Shown here piece after piece: positions 26,901 through 40,282 of a stretch of 64,000 nt of DNA. The position numbers and the translations under genes were made by a program. The stretch is from positions 744,001-808,000 of the forward strand of contig JBODTK010000012.1 of the NCBI GenBank assembly GCA_050613775.1, in the 5' to 3' direction. Each line of letters begins with the position of its first letter. Positions within the stretch are counted from its first letter, which is position 1. The notes under the pieces are model-generated. The model worked only from the letters and a program-made list of their open reading frames with translations, did not search any database and was not told where the DNA came from. The DNA is from Neocallimastix sp. 'constans'. Its lineage: Eukaryota.

Positions 26901-28037
26901 GCAGGTTAAAGTATCAGATATTATCTATGCCTTACCCACCATGAGTCTAGCGATATTGAAGCTTCTTATCAAAAATAAGATCTTAGATTTAAATAAAAAG
27001 AGTAGTCTCCTTCTGATAAGCGAGGTATTCAATTTGAAGGATCAAAATAAATTAGAATTTTTATTGGACCCCAATGAAAGTCATATCAAGATAACCATTA
27101 ATATATTGAAATATATTGTTATGTATGATCAATTAGATCTCTTTAAAAAGATAGTAACGCCTAAGGCGATGAAAAGCAGCAATAGTAATCAGTTCCTTCT
27201 TAATCTGAAGGACAAATATGGACATTCAATTTTAGAGTATGCTATTGAAAATCAAAAAGCAGATTTTGTTCAACATTTATTGAATCAGTGCGGAGTAGAT
27301 TTTCAAAATAGGAATTACGATATATTGACTCTATTGAATAATATTCGAAATGGAAAAGTAGATCCTGAAGAGATTAGTACCATCCAGTCTTTAATTCTTA
27401 ATAGAGTCCCTACGACGACAGCCACCAATACCACCATTACCACTACCACTACCACTACCAACATCACTAATACCAATAATACAACCAACTTTATTAATAC
27501 TACTAATATGACAAACACTATTACGAATTCAACTCCAAATCATTTTGAAATTGATGACAAAAGAAATGAAATTTTGATTCGAACTATCCAAGATGGTAAA
27601 CTTTACATGATACATTATTTAATTCAATGTGGAATCAACATCAATGTCGTGTATCAGAAAGGATTTCTCCGGGAAGAATTATTAGAAAAAAACAATACCC
27701 GACTCTTAGAAGTATTAGTACAGAATCATTTAGATATTAATGAGAAAGATGAGGCAGGTCAATCCCTCTTAGTCTATGCAGTTCAAAATAAGAATTTGGA
27801 TATCATACGGAATTTAATGGAATCCGGGGCAGATATTCAACTGGTGACTAATGAAATGATCTATTCTCTAATTAATGAGGATGAATATGAAATATTGGAA
27901 TATTTAATTTCACAAAACCTAGATATTAATTGTATGGATGAAGAAGGGCATACGCCTCTCTACTATGCCACCAAAAATAAAAAAAGGAAATATTGTATCC
28001 TATTTGAAAATATAGCCACCCTAAAGAAGATTAAAAC

Positions 28038-28041
<4 letters not shown>
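23902..28041 (+). CDS. Ankyrin-repeat protein, 1379 aa, intronless, with three tandem ~300-aa N-terminal modules
   Basis: Ankyrin motifs (PLLIAIKHNNYKIADFLIENGANVN, DINEKDEAGQSLLVYAV, DINCMDEEGHTPLYYA). The last repeat degrades after an A-run, so the exact C-terminus is uncertain. Confidence 0.92.
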
Positions 28042-28077
<36 letters not shown>

Positions 28078-28270
28078 ACATTATTTTTTTAAGGATAACA
28101 GCGGTAAAATACTGAAAAAAAAAATGCAACTACTTTACAATTACTTATTATTTAAATATCATCGTTTATCATCATTTATATAATTACAATAAATAAAACA
28201 ACAACAATAATATTAATATTAATACCAAAATAATTAATGAAAATAATTACTAATGCAGATAAAAAAATAA

Positions 28271-28311
<41 letters not shown>

Positions 28312-29289
28312 ATGCAATATTAATCTTAAAAATCATACTATCTATTGAAATGGAAATAGTATAATAATTGTAATATTAATAACAAATAATAACCTGTTCC
28401 TGTCATAAATTTATATACTTAAAAAAAAAAAAAAAAAAAAAAAATTTGTGAATATGTTTAATTAGGGACAATTGTATTAAACGAAAATTCATTATAATTT
28501 TTTTTTTTTTTATTTCATTTAGTATAATTTTTTTTTTTTTTTTTATTTTGTATAAAAAAAATCTATTTTGTATATATTACTTGTATTCTATTAATAATAA
28601 TAATAATATATATAATGTGATAATGATAATAATCTAACATTATCATCATCATTTGTGAATAAATAATTAATGAAAATATAAAATAATAAATTAATATATA
28701 AATAATTATAATAATAATTAATAATTATATTAATACTATATTATTATATATAAAAATAATAATTAATAATTAATACTACTAATAATAATTAATAAAAAAC
28801 AAAATACCAATAGATATTAATTATCAATAATTTTTTTTTCTCATATCGTGTTCATGTCAATTAATATTTAAATTATCAAAAAAAAAAAAAAAATACCAAA
28901 AAAAAAAAAAGCATTTAATATTTAATATAAAGATAATCAATAAATTATACTTTCTATAATTTTCTTTTTTTTTTTTTTTTTAAAATAAAAGTAAAGTGTT
29001 TATTTATTAATATTTATTTTTTTTTTTCATAATATATACATATATATTTATTTTCAAAAGTTAAAGTGTTTATTTATTAATGTTTTTTTTTTTTTTTTCA
29101 TATTATATTCATATATACATATTTATTAATATTTTTTTTATAATATATATATATATGTATTTTTAAAAGTTTAAGTATTTATTAATATTTTTTTTATAAT
29201 ATATATATATATATTTTTACAAGTTGTTTATTTATTAATATTTTTTCATAATAATAAGTATTTATTAATTTGTATTTTTAAAAGATTAA

Positions 29290-29982
29290 TCATCTCATCC
29301 GAATGAATTAAAACAAAAAATATAAAGTAGCACTCTTAAACGTAAACTAGAGAAAAGAGGTAATAACGATAATAAAATCAAGGATTTTTATTGGAAAAGA
29401 GATATGAAAATCAATTCTATTAAAGCTGAGTTTTATGACAAAAACAAATTCGAAGAAACATCAAAATTTATAATATAGGTCGAAGTATTAATAACAGTGC
29501 AAGGGAATGGAAGGATCTATTTAAGTGTCAGATGAAATCAGGTGCTTATTCTGATACTCCATTCTTGGTGGTTACTGCGGCACTTCTCCAATCGATTATA
29601 CCTATTGCTATTGGCCAGCAATGGTCTTTGTTCAATAGGTTCAAATCGAATTGTACTACTACTACCAGGAGCGACAATGCTGAAGAAACAGTAAGACAGG
29701 CCAGTAGGGCTAGCGCAACCAATGAAGATCATAATTTTGTATCTTAAAATTATGATTAACATTGAGAAGTCAAAATAAATTATTATACTACAGTATAATA
29801 ATGCCCTTGTGAAGTCTTACAAATATTAATTAAATGAAACTTGAATATATTATACCATTATTTTATTTTATTTTGTGTTTTATTTTTTGTTTATTTTTTT
29901 ATCTTTTTTTCTTTTTATTACATGTATTTTATCATATATTTAATTAATAAAGATAAAACAAGTCTGCTGCTGTTAAAAAAAA
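29290..29982 (+). mobile_element. Degenerate, internally deleted 3' part of a non-LTR retrotransposon with poly(A) end
   Basis: STLKRKLEK...DFYWKRDMKINSIKAEFYDKNKFEE resembles SRTLYKKIKK...RYWKSVAKFQGIKGQNYDRNKFSN of the 52/63-kb element. DTPFLVVTAALLQSIIPI...LFNRF resembles PVPKIVGLAEFLTSAIPI...LFDRY. The Zn-finger segment between them is missing. Ends CTGCTGCTGTT(A)8. Confidence 0.7.
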
Positions 29983-30668
29983 TATAAATATATATATATT
30001 ACTATAGGTGCGATGATATTAGTGTGGCCGCTCACAAAGTATTGTTACACCTTTTCCCCGGAGCTGAATTCCCTATACATTCCTATATATATATATATAT
30101 CTTCATTGACCAAAAGCATCACCGGAACGAAAAACCATTCACTCCTCCCCCCCTCCAGTAGGTATAATAATTAATAATCAATGGCGTTAATTGTGTTAAT
30201 TGGAATTTAACCAAGCCTAATTCCTCTTTGGATTAACAAGAGACATCATCAAGGCCTATGATTAAGTCACAGCGTAGTATTGTAGTATCAGGGTTGGATG
30301 AATTGGCAACCGAAGGAAAGCGTTTTTGGAATACCACTGTGGTTTTGCATGATAACCCCAGAATAGAAAAACCTCAGTGTTTATTCATTGCTCATTCAGT
30401 GCTTATTCAATTCCATGTCAGGAAATTCGGAACCTTAGCCAGTATTGACCTGACCGTACCTCCATGGGATGTCAAATACCATCAATTAAAAAAACAAAAA
30501 AAAAATAAAGTTAAATTAGAAAATCTCTAAATATATATATATATATATATTTATTTATTTATATATATATATAAATGAATTCATTATATGATGAATTCTA
30601 CCCCAGAAAATGAACTAGATATTGAAACGGAAGAAATTACATGTTATGATGAAGAAGATAAATATGAA

Positions 30669-30706
<38 letters not shown>

Positions 30707-31349
30707 TAATAGTAATTACAAAACTGATAATTAAAATGAAGAGAAATCGAGAACAAAAAAAAATAATAGATTGCATAACAATAATTATTATATCCTTGAA
30801 TGTTTATTGGTTGTATCTTGTTGTAAAAACTCGTTGAAAGACATAATAATATCAGTTATACTTATTATTGGATACAATTCATTAATAATAAAAAAAAAAA
30901 CTCTATCATCAATGTAAATAATAAAATGTGTTTTTTTTTTTTATTGAAGGTGGTGATCTCGATATAGAAAAAAATGCCTTTGTGGAGAAAGATTACTTCA
31001 ATTACAGGTGGTTCTCTACTTTTCTACTTTTAATAGGTATTTTTTCTTAATGGGGTCCATTAGGTCTTAAAGCTTGAAGGGAGTGTTTTATGAAGAAAGC
31101 GTGGAAAAGTAAATAAATAATAGAGAATACAGATATGAAATTCGTTATATAGAATCGTTATGGGATTGAACGCACCTGATATGAATATCATTATTGTATT
31201 TTTACCATAATTTATTACATTAGAATTTTTATTTTATCAATTTAATAGTTCACTGGTTAAATATTTACTCATTATGCCAACGATTCAAAAGACATTGTAA
31301 TCTTCACATTTAATGATTTTTTTGAAACAAGATTTTTTGAGGTGTGTGT

Positions 31350-31399
<50 letters not shown>

Positions 31400-32374
31400 T
31401 CAATAAAAATATTTAACTTTTAATATTAAAATATCCAATAAAGTAGATTTTATATATTTTTGAGAATAATATATAAAATAATAAAAAAAGTATACCTTAA
31501 ATAATTATTAACTCAAAAATGATAAACTTTTTATTTTTTTTTTTATTTTTTTTTTTTTTATTTTTTTGAAATAAATAAAAAAAATAAAAAAATAAAATAA
31601 AATAAAATAAAAATTTATTTATATATGATTTAAAGGCTAAGTCAACCTATTTTTATTTTTATTTTGTTTTATTTTTTTTTCTCTTTATAATTAGAGGTTA
31701 AGTCAACCTATTTTATTTTATTTATTTATGATGATAGGTTAAGTCAACTAATAACTAAAAAAAAAAAAAAAAATAATAAAAACATAAATGTAATAATATA
31801 TAAATAAATATATATAGTGTAGTTATGATTAAAATTAAATTTTTATTATTATTATTATTTTCATAGAATTTAAAATTTATAATCTTTTTTTATTTTTTTA
31901 CAATAATATATATGTATTTTTTTATTTATTTATTTTTAATATCTATTTAACATTTACTAAACATAAACAAAAAAAAAAAAAAAATAAAAATAAAAATAAA
32001 ATAAAAATAAAAATAAAAAGAATATATATATAAATTTATTTTTATTATTAGTATTATTATTATTATTTAAAATAATCATTGAAATATTTATATATAGAGA
32101 GAAAAAGGTATATCTATATACACTCTATTTTATTTTAAAAAAAAAAATAATTATTAAATTAAAAAGAAATTATTTCTTTTTTTTTTCTTCTTTTTTTTAT
32201 TTAATAATTTTTTTTTTTTTTATTTAATATTTTTTTTTAATTTATATATATATATTTTTTTTTTTTTGAACCATTTAAATTCATATTAGATTTAAAAATT
32301 TTAAAATTTTTAAAATTTAATATAAAATAATTAATAATTAAAAATATCTTTTAATTACTATAATTATTATTCAA

Positions 32375-32925
32375 TTATTATTTATTATTTATTATTTATT
32401 ATTTATTATTTATTATTTATTATTTATTATTTATTATTTATTATTTATTATTTATTATTTATTATTTATTATTTATTATTTATTATTTATTATTTATTAT
32501 TTATTATTCCATTATTTATTATTTATTATTTATTATTTATTATTTATTATTTATTATTTATTTATTTATTATTTATTATTTATTATTTATTATTTATTAT
32601 TTATCATTTATTATTTATTATTTATTATTTATTATTTATTATTTATTATTTATTATTTATTATTTATTATTTATTATTTATTATTTATTATTTATTATTT
32701 ATTATTTATTATTTATTATTTATTATTTATTATTTATTATTTATTATTTATTATTTATTATTTATTATTCATTATTTATTATTCATTATTTATTATTCAT
32801 TATTCATTATTTATTATTTATTATTTATTATTTATTATTTATTATTTATTATTTATTATTTATTATTTATTATTTATTATTTATTATTATTTATTATTAT
32901 TTATTATTTATTATTTATTATTAAT
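32375..32925. repeat. (TTATTTA)n heptamer satellite, ~550 bp
   Basis: Nearly pure 7-mer run; the complementary (TAAATAA)n occurs at ~36895-37040 and degenerate versions at ~10570-10650, ~11010-11140 and ~56400-56740. Confidence 0.95.
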
Positions 32926-34327
32926 TATTATTTTATCTAAAAAATAAAACTATATCTTTATAATATATATACATTTTATACTTTCTTTTATATGGATTAT
33001 TCATAATTTATTTTTTTTTTTTTTTCATTTGTATGGATAATTCATAATTTCATATCACATATACAAAGTTTTTTATATTATTATTAATTATTATTTTTTT
33101 TAGAGTTTATATTTAATAAACTTTTATATATTGTCCTATTAGTCATAAAAATCATGTAACAATGTTGCATATTTCAACATTTATAGAGATAAAATAATAT
33201 TTACTTTTATATCTACATATAAAGTTAAATAAAATTTCAAACTAAAAAAAATATAATAATTGATTAATTACTAATTATTTTAATTATTAATTTCGTCTGT
33301 CTTTCTTTACCTATATATCTATATCTATATCTATATATCTATATCTACAGGTATATCTATAATTTTAAAAATTAATTATACTTTAATGTTCCAATTTTTA
33401 TTATAATCATTTTATAAATATTTAAATTTATAATTATTTTATATCTTAAATAATTTTATATATATATAAATTTTGTTAAAAAAAACATTCAGAAAAAAAA
33501 AATTTTTTTTATTTTTTAAATATTCAATAATTCAATTTTATTATACATATATTTATACATACTTGTAACATATTTTAATATATTAACAAATTATAAAGGC
33601 TTTTATATTCAAAAAAAAAAAAAAAAAAAGATTAAATAAAAAAATTTTTTTTTTCATTTATTTTAAAGTTTAGATGAGTAAACTTTTTTAATTTATTTTT
33701 TTGGAAAATAATAAAATAAAAAATAATATAAAAATAAAATATATAATAAAATATATAATAAAATAATTTATATAATAAAATAAAAATAATAAAATATATA
33801 ATAAAATATTTAATAAAATAAAATAAATTATATATATATATTTAATTTTAAATTAAGGTTATTATCTTTTTTTTATTATTTTTATTTTTTATTTTATTTT
33901 ATTTTATTTTATTAAATATAATGAATTAAAATATATATATAATATAAAATAAAAAAAAAAAAAATTTAAAATATAAAAAATTGTATAAAAGAATAAAAAA
34001 AATCCATCTTTTTTTTTATATATATATTTTTTAATTCTTAATTTTTAATTCATATTTTTCATATTTCATATTTATATTTATAATCATATTTATTTATTTT
34101 CTTTTTTATTATTATTATTATTGTTATATAATTTTTCTTTATTTAAAATCAATATTTATTAAAGTTTTTGGAAAATTAAAATATTAAATAAAAAAAAAAT
34201 CATAAATTTTGAACACAAAAAATATAAAGCACTTCACATAAATTCTTATTCTTTTCTCTTCATCTATACATATATTATAGGCAAATTTAAAAAAAAAATA
34301 ATAATATAAAATAAAAACTAAAAAAAA

Positions 34328-35458
34328 ATGAAATTTTTAAATATTTTATTACTTTCAATTTTAGCGTTGACAACTACCAATGCTGGTGTTGTTAAGAGAA
34401 ATGATAATAATATAGATATAAATGATTTATTTGATAATAATAATACAGAAAATTCAAGTATTATTTTAAATGATTTATCGAATGCTTTTAATTCATTTTC
34501 CAATAATATTGGTAAGAATACCTTTAAAATAATAATAATAATAATAGTAATAATAATAATAGTAATAATAATAATAATAAAATAAAAAATAATAAATATA
34601 TATATATATAAATATATATATATTTATACCTAAATAAAAATTTTTATTATTATATTTTTCTTTTGAATAAACAAAATTAATAATTATATTATATATATAT
34701 ATAAATATTTTATTATTATTATTATTTTAATATATATATTTTGGTTAAAAAAAAATTAAATAAATAAATAAAATATTATTATTTGTTTTTTATTAGTCAG
34801 TTGGTTTTACTCCATCGCCAACTATTATCAAGCAACAGCAAATGCTTTAACCTATATGGAAAGTCAAGGTAATGTTACGGTAACAGAAGATTCAACAGCC
34901 TACAGATTTGATGGACCAGGAACAGATAAAGCTCTTATCTTTTATCAGGGAGCTAAAGTAGATGAAAGAGCCTATGCTGAAATTATGTATAACTTGGCAG
35001 AAATGGGTATAGATTGTTTCTTAGTGAAGATGCCACTACGTATAGCTATTCTCGGTATCAATAAAGCCAGCACAATCATAAATCATTATAGAAATGATTA
35101 TGAAAATTGGTATATCGCTGGCCATTCCCTTGGTGGTGCTGTAGCTGCCATGTATGCTGCTGATCATAAAAATGATATTGATGGACTTGCCTTACTTGCT
35201 GCCTATTCCACAAAGCAACTTCCAGAGGATATGAAAGTGATTTCCTTAGTAGCCTCCAATGATGAAGTATTAAATTGGACGAGTTATAATAATAATCTCT
35301 CTAAATTACCAAGTAACACTACTGAAATTACTATTGAAGGAGGTAACCATGCCCAATTTGGAGACTATGGAGCACAAAGTGGTGATGGTGTAGCAACTAT
35401 TTCCATGGAAGAACAACATGAAATTGTGATTGGAGCCATACTTAACGAATTTAATTAA
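34328..35458 (+). CDS. Secreted alpha/beta-hydrolase (Abhydrolase_5-like carboxylesterase); exons 34328-34511 and 34797-35458; ~281 aa
   Basis: Signal peptide MKFLNILLLSILALTTTNA followed by VVKR. Intron GTAAGA(34512)...TTAG(34796) joins in frame (846 nt total). Nucleophile elbow GHSLGG, oxyanion region FYQGAKV, candidate Asp in ASNDEV and His in GGNHAQFG. Confidence 0.9.
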
Positions 35459-36177
35459 TTATAAAAAAAAAAAAAAAAAAAAAAATTAGAAAAGAATATA
35501 AATATAGATACTACATAATATATATTTATATAATTTTACAATTGAATTAGTAATTAATATAAAGATCAAAAAAAAAAAAAAATTTTTTTTCTTTTTAATT
35601 CTTTTTAATTTAATTTTTATGAAATTTAAATAATTATAAAAAACATATGAACATTTATTTTATTTTAATTTTTTTTTTTTTTGTAATAAAATAATATATC
35701 AATATTTATTTTTTATTATATAAAAAAATGTTTATTATTTTTTTTAAAATCTATTATTATTTCAATTAAATATTAAATAAAAAACTATTATAAAAAGATA
35801 TAAAGTATTTTATTATTTTATTTTATTTTATTTTTTTTTCTTTCTCTCCTTTTTTTCTTTTTTTTAAACATTTCTATATTAAATATATACTATAATTCTA
35901 TTGAAATTCAATCAATCTATATGAATATATCTAATATTGTATTTCCATTTTCACTTTTAACAAATAACATATATAAATATAAATAAATAATATTCTACGA
36001 ATATTTTATGTACAAACTATATTCTGTGTTAAATTATACATTAAAATAAATATATATATAAATAAATATATATAAATGCATAAATATATAATAAATCATC
36101 ATCAATATTATTTATAATTAGTTATTTAAAATTGTTTATAATTATTTATTTAAATTTATTTATAATTATAATCTCTT

Positions 36178-36342
36178 TTATACTTGGGTAAGGAGCGCCA
36201 ATGAAGAGTAACTGTAAGGCAGTCCAGCAGGGACGGGACCACCTACTAAGTAGGAAGTTAGATATGGGCTCTAGTAATAAACCATTGTGTGTCTACGGAT
36301 GTGCAGCTGGGGAGAAATCCTGCTACTGTCGTTAAAAAAAAA
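36178..36342 (+). mobile_element. 165-bp 5'-truncated non-LTR retrotransposon copy with poly(A) and a 14-bp TSD
   Basis: GC-rich island flanked by AATTATAATCTCTT at 36164-36177 and 36343-36356. Ends CTGCTACTGTCGTT(A)n. Its 5' part AGGAGCGCCAATG-AAGAGTAACTGTAAGGCAGTCCAGCAGGG aligns with the ORF end of the 29-kb element (AGGAGCGACAATGCTGAAGAAACAGTAAGACAGGCCAGTAGGG). Confidence 0.85.
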
Positions 36343-38641
36343 AATTATAATCTCTTATTATAATATTTTATATTTTATATTTAATTTTTCTAGAAAAAAA
36401 ATTGTTTTATTTTTAGGTTTCACAAGATTGACTTAACCAATTTTTTTTTTAAATAAAAAAAAAAAAAAAAAAAAAAAAGATCACAAACTGCATAATTTTT
36501 CATTTAATACATTAAAAAAAATTAAAAAATTAAAAAAACAACAAAATAAAATAAAATAAAATAGATAGTAGAATATTAAATATAAAGTACAGATTGAATA
36601 AAATAAAATAAAATAAAATAAAATAAAATAAAATTAAAATAAAAAAAGTTTTTTTTTTTTACTTTTTCTCAATATAAAATTTAATACTATGAATTTATAT
36701 ATAAAGAAATAAAAAATAAAAAAATAAAAAGAAAATAAAAAACTTTTTATGCTTATAAATAAATTTGATTAATTTGATAATTCTATAAAAAAAAAAAAAA
36801 AAAGGAAAAATATATATATATATACATGTATATAAATTATAAGTTATTATATAATTTATATATTAATATATAATATAATAAATAAATAATGGATAAATAA
36901 TAAATAATAAATAATAAATAATAAATAATAAATAATAAATAATAAATAATAAATAATAAATAATAAATAATTGAATAATTAATAATAAATAATAAATAAT
37001 AAATAATATATAATAAATAATAAATAAATAAATAATAAATAATATATAATATATAATAATTAGAAACCTTAAGAATATATATTCAAAAATTTATATTTTA
37101 TTTTAAATATATGTTAAATATTTAAATATTTCAAAATATTATTACATATATTGTTAAGTCTTTTTTTATTAATAATGCCATACAAAATGATGTTTATTTT
37201 ATTTATACATGCATATAACCATGACAACATAGCATTGATAGAGATGCATATAAGCATTACAACCATACATTTTTATATTGCATAAAGTTTAATTATAAAT
37301 ATTGCCAATTGTTCTATCGAAATGGAATGATAATAAAAGCATTAACATAAATGAATATCTCTTTTCATAATTATATATATTTTCTGATTTTCTTAATTTG
37401 TCATGCTCTTCCAGTAGCAATAATGATAACAACTAACAGCTAAAAACAACAACTATCATAACAGTAAGAATAAAATTTTGTTATATCTTTATATATACAT
37501 TAAATAAAATAAAATATAATATAATATAATAAAAATAAAAATTTTCCATTTTATTCAATTTAATTTTAATTTTTTTTTTTTTTTGTTACATTTTCAATTT
37601 AAAAAAAATTTAAAAAAGAAATATATATTGTTTATATATTATGATATATATTATAATATAAAAGAAATATATTATTATTTTAATTTACCATATTTTATGA
37701 ATACATTACATTTTGATTATTTTTTGATTATTTTTTTAATAAAATTAAAAAAATAAAAAAAAAATTAAAAATAAATATTTATTTATATATATAATATATA
37801 ATATATTTTGAATTTTATATTATATATTTAATATATATATTAAATATATTATATTTAACATTAATAATTAAATATAAGTATAATAAATAATAATAATAAT
37901 TATATAAAAACTATAATAATAGTAGTAAAACATTTTATTATTATTATTATTTATTATTATTAGTAGTAGTAGTAGTAGTAGTATTTATTATTTATTATTA
38001 TTATTATTAATATTATTTATAATAATTTATTTATTAATTATTTAACATAATTAATTTTATAAAAATTTATAAAATAATTAAAAAAAAAATAAAAAATATA
38101 TATATATTGTATATATTTATATATGTATTTTTAATAAATTTCCAAAAAGTTTAAATTGTATTAGAAATTAACCTTTATTTTTTTAATATATATTTATACT
38201 TTTTAGTACGCTGTATAAAGGAATAATGAGAAGAAAAAAGATAAAAAAAATTAATAATATTTAAATAAAAAAATCTATATGAAAAAAAAATATATATAAT
38301 GATAATGTTAATAATAATTATGTTTAAAAAAAATAATGAATAATAAATTATTAATAAAGTAATAAAATATATATATATATATATTTTAAAATTAGAAAAA
38401 GAATACGCCACCACCACCATTAGTATATTTATTATTTTTTTAAATATAATTAAGTATATAATAAGTAAAAATTATACTTTAATTATATTTTAATAATATT
38501 TTTATTTATGAAAAAAAAAAGATATTATGAATACCATTTCATTTAAAAAAAAAAAATCAATTATTTATTAATACTTTAATTATATTTTAATTATATTTCA
38601 ATTTTATTTTAATTATATTTCAAAATAAAAAAGTTATGGTT

Positions 38642-38676
<35 letters not shown>

Positions 38677-38788
38677 TAAAGTAGGAAAAAGAATACCTTT
38701 TCCATTTTATAAATTTATTAAAAGTATTAAAATTATTGATTTATATTTATATTTATATATATATATATATCTAATAATGAATAAAATT

Positions 38789-38828
<40 letters not shown>

Positions 38829-39153
38829 AAAGTTAATATACTATAATGAAATATAAATATTTATACAATTGAAAATTTTTTGGTAATTGTAAAAATAAAA
38901 AAAAAAAGTAATGGTTAATGGTATCATGGATGAATGGAAAAATGGAAATTATTTTTTTAAAAAAAAATAAAATAAAATAAAATAAAATAAAAAATTAAAA
39001 ATTTTTCTAAAGATGAAAAGTTAAGTAGTGATGACCACTAAAAAATTTCTCTTTCCTCTCCAACCTTTTTTTTTTTTTTTTACAGTTGTAATTATTGCGA
39101 ACTTTAAACTTTATTTATTTATTCATTTATTAATTACATTAATATTTTTTAAT

Positions 39154-39186
<33 letters not shown>

Positions 39187-39217
39187 CATTCGATTAATTA
39201 AAAAAAAAAAAATTAAT

Positions 39218-40110
39218 TATTATTTGTCCAATTAAGACCATAATAATATTTTTAATAATAGTAATGTGAAAATAAAAAAAGTAATATTCAAAATAAAGTG
39301 TATAAATAAATTCAGAAAAAAGTCCATAGGCAACGAATCTCACCTCCAGATTTCTTTTTCTGGATTAGGATTCGAATTGACGATCTGAAAGAAAATGATG
39401 ATCTTCTCCTACTAGCCTATCTTTAATGCACTTTCAGCCTTGATACTCCTTGATTAGTTTGCACTTCCACCGTCGAAATGGCAACCCTTAACGAGTGTAC
39501 TAGTCTCAAGCATAAATTTCTGTAAAATAGAGCTGTAGATCGCACTAAAGAATGGCGTTTTAGAATAATATCACCAGACCAGATATGATTTGGCTCTTTT
39601 AAACAAAACATCCTATTCCTTTTTTATAATTTAAATCAATAATGTCTGCATTCTCTTCCACCCAAGAAGGAAGTTATATAGTCGGTACCACGACACATAT
39701 ATATTTATACACTCATTATTCAGAAAATTACTAATATTAATTTGATTTTCATCAATTGATCTATTCACTACATTACTAGTAACGATACTATTATATTCAC
39801 TATCACTAATATTAACAATTCTATTTTCTCTATCATTAATACTACTATTATTAACAGTATTATTTTTATCGTTATTATTATTAATATTAAAAACTTCATT
39901 TACTACTATCAGAATCTGTACTTGATTCTATATTATTCCTATCTGTGACAACAATGTTTACATTACTATCTGATATCGGACAATAGCTGTTAATTACAAA
40001 TAATTTTTCATAAAGAATTTCAATATCCTTTAAATATTTCTTTTGAAATTCACTGCAAAGATAGCATTTAGAAAATCAATGTTCCAATCGAGGATTATCC
40101 TCTCTCCAAC
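39218..40110 (-). mobile_element. Degenerate 3' part of a non-LTR retrotransposon (Zn-finger remnant to 3' UTR)
   Basis: Minus-strand translation CWREDNPRLEH*FSKC...KYLKDIEILYEKLF resembles CCGEDKQSFEHWIFKC...NSLNFIDDLYVLFL. It continues with an N/S-rich linker, FLGG and (with a frameshift) SRSIKAESA...ASRRR. The 3' end is repeated at 10255-10450. Confidence 0.7.
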
Positions 40111-40250
40111 AAAAAAAAAAAAAAAAAAAAATTAGTAAGATTCAAATTCTATAAATATATAATTTTAAAAGAGAGTGAGAGTAAGATTAAGATGAAATGG
40201 GATAAAATGAAAATAGGGAGGAAAAAAATTTTAAAAAAAAAAAAAAAAAG

Positions 40251-40282
<32 letters not shown>

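Noticed and set aside
28980..29280. Degenerate ~60-70 bp tandem units (AAAAGT.AAGTGTTTATTTATTAAT...), and similar local duplications at 236-470, 10850-11360 and 11187-11248
   Set aside because: Ordinary slippage or local duplications in very AT-rich DNA, with no distinguishing structure.
30589..31350. Short acidic ORF start (MNSTPENELDIETEEITCYDEEDKYE) and downstream GC-richer fragments
   Set aside because: The frame is lost in a poly-A run and later pieces do not join into a recognisable protein; possibly a decayed pseudogene, but unsupported.
36178..36342. GC-rich 165-bp island considered as a SINE, ribozyme or structured ncRNA
   Set aside because: No Pol III A/B boxes or hammerhead core were found. 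Its 5' part aligns with the ORF2 end of the 29-kb LINE relic and it has poly(A) plus a TSD, so it is a truncated LINE.
37150..37490. Moderately complex patch that might be a small gene on the minus strand
   Set aside because: The frames I translated are interrupted by stops and show no recognisable motif or consistent splice model.
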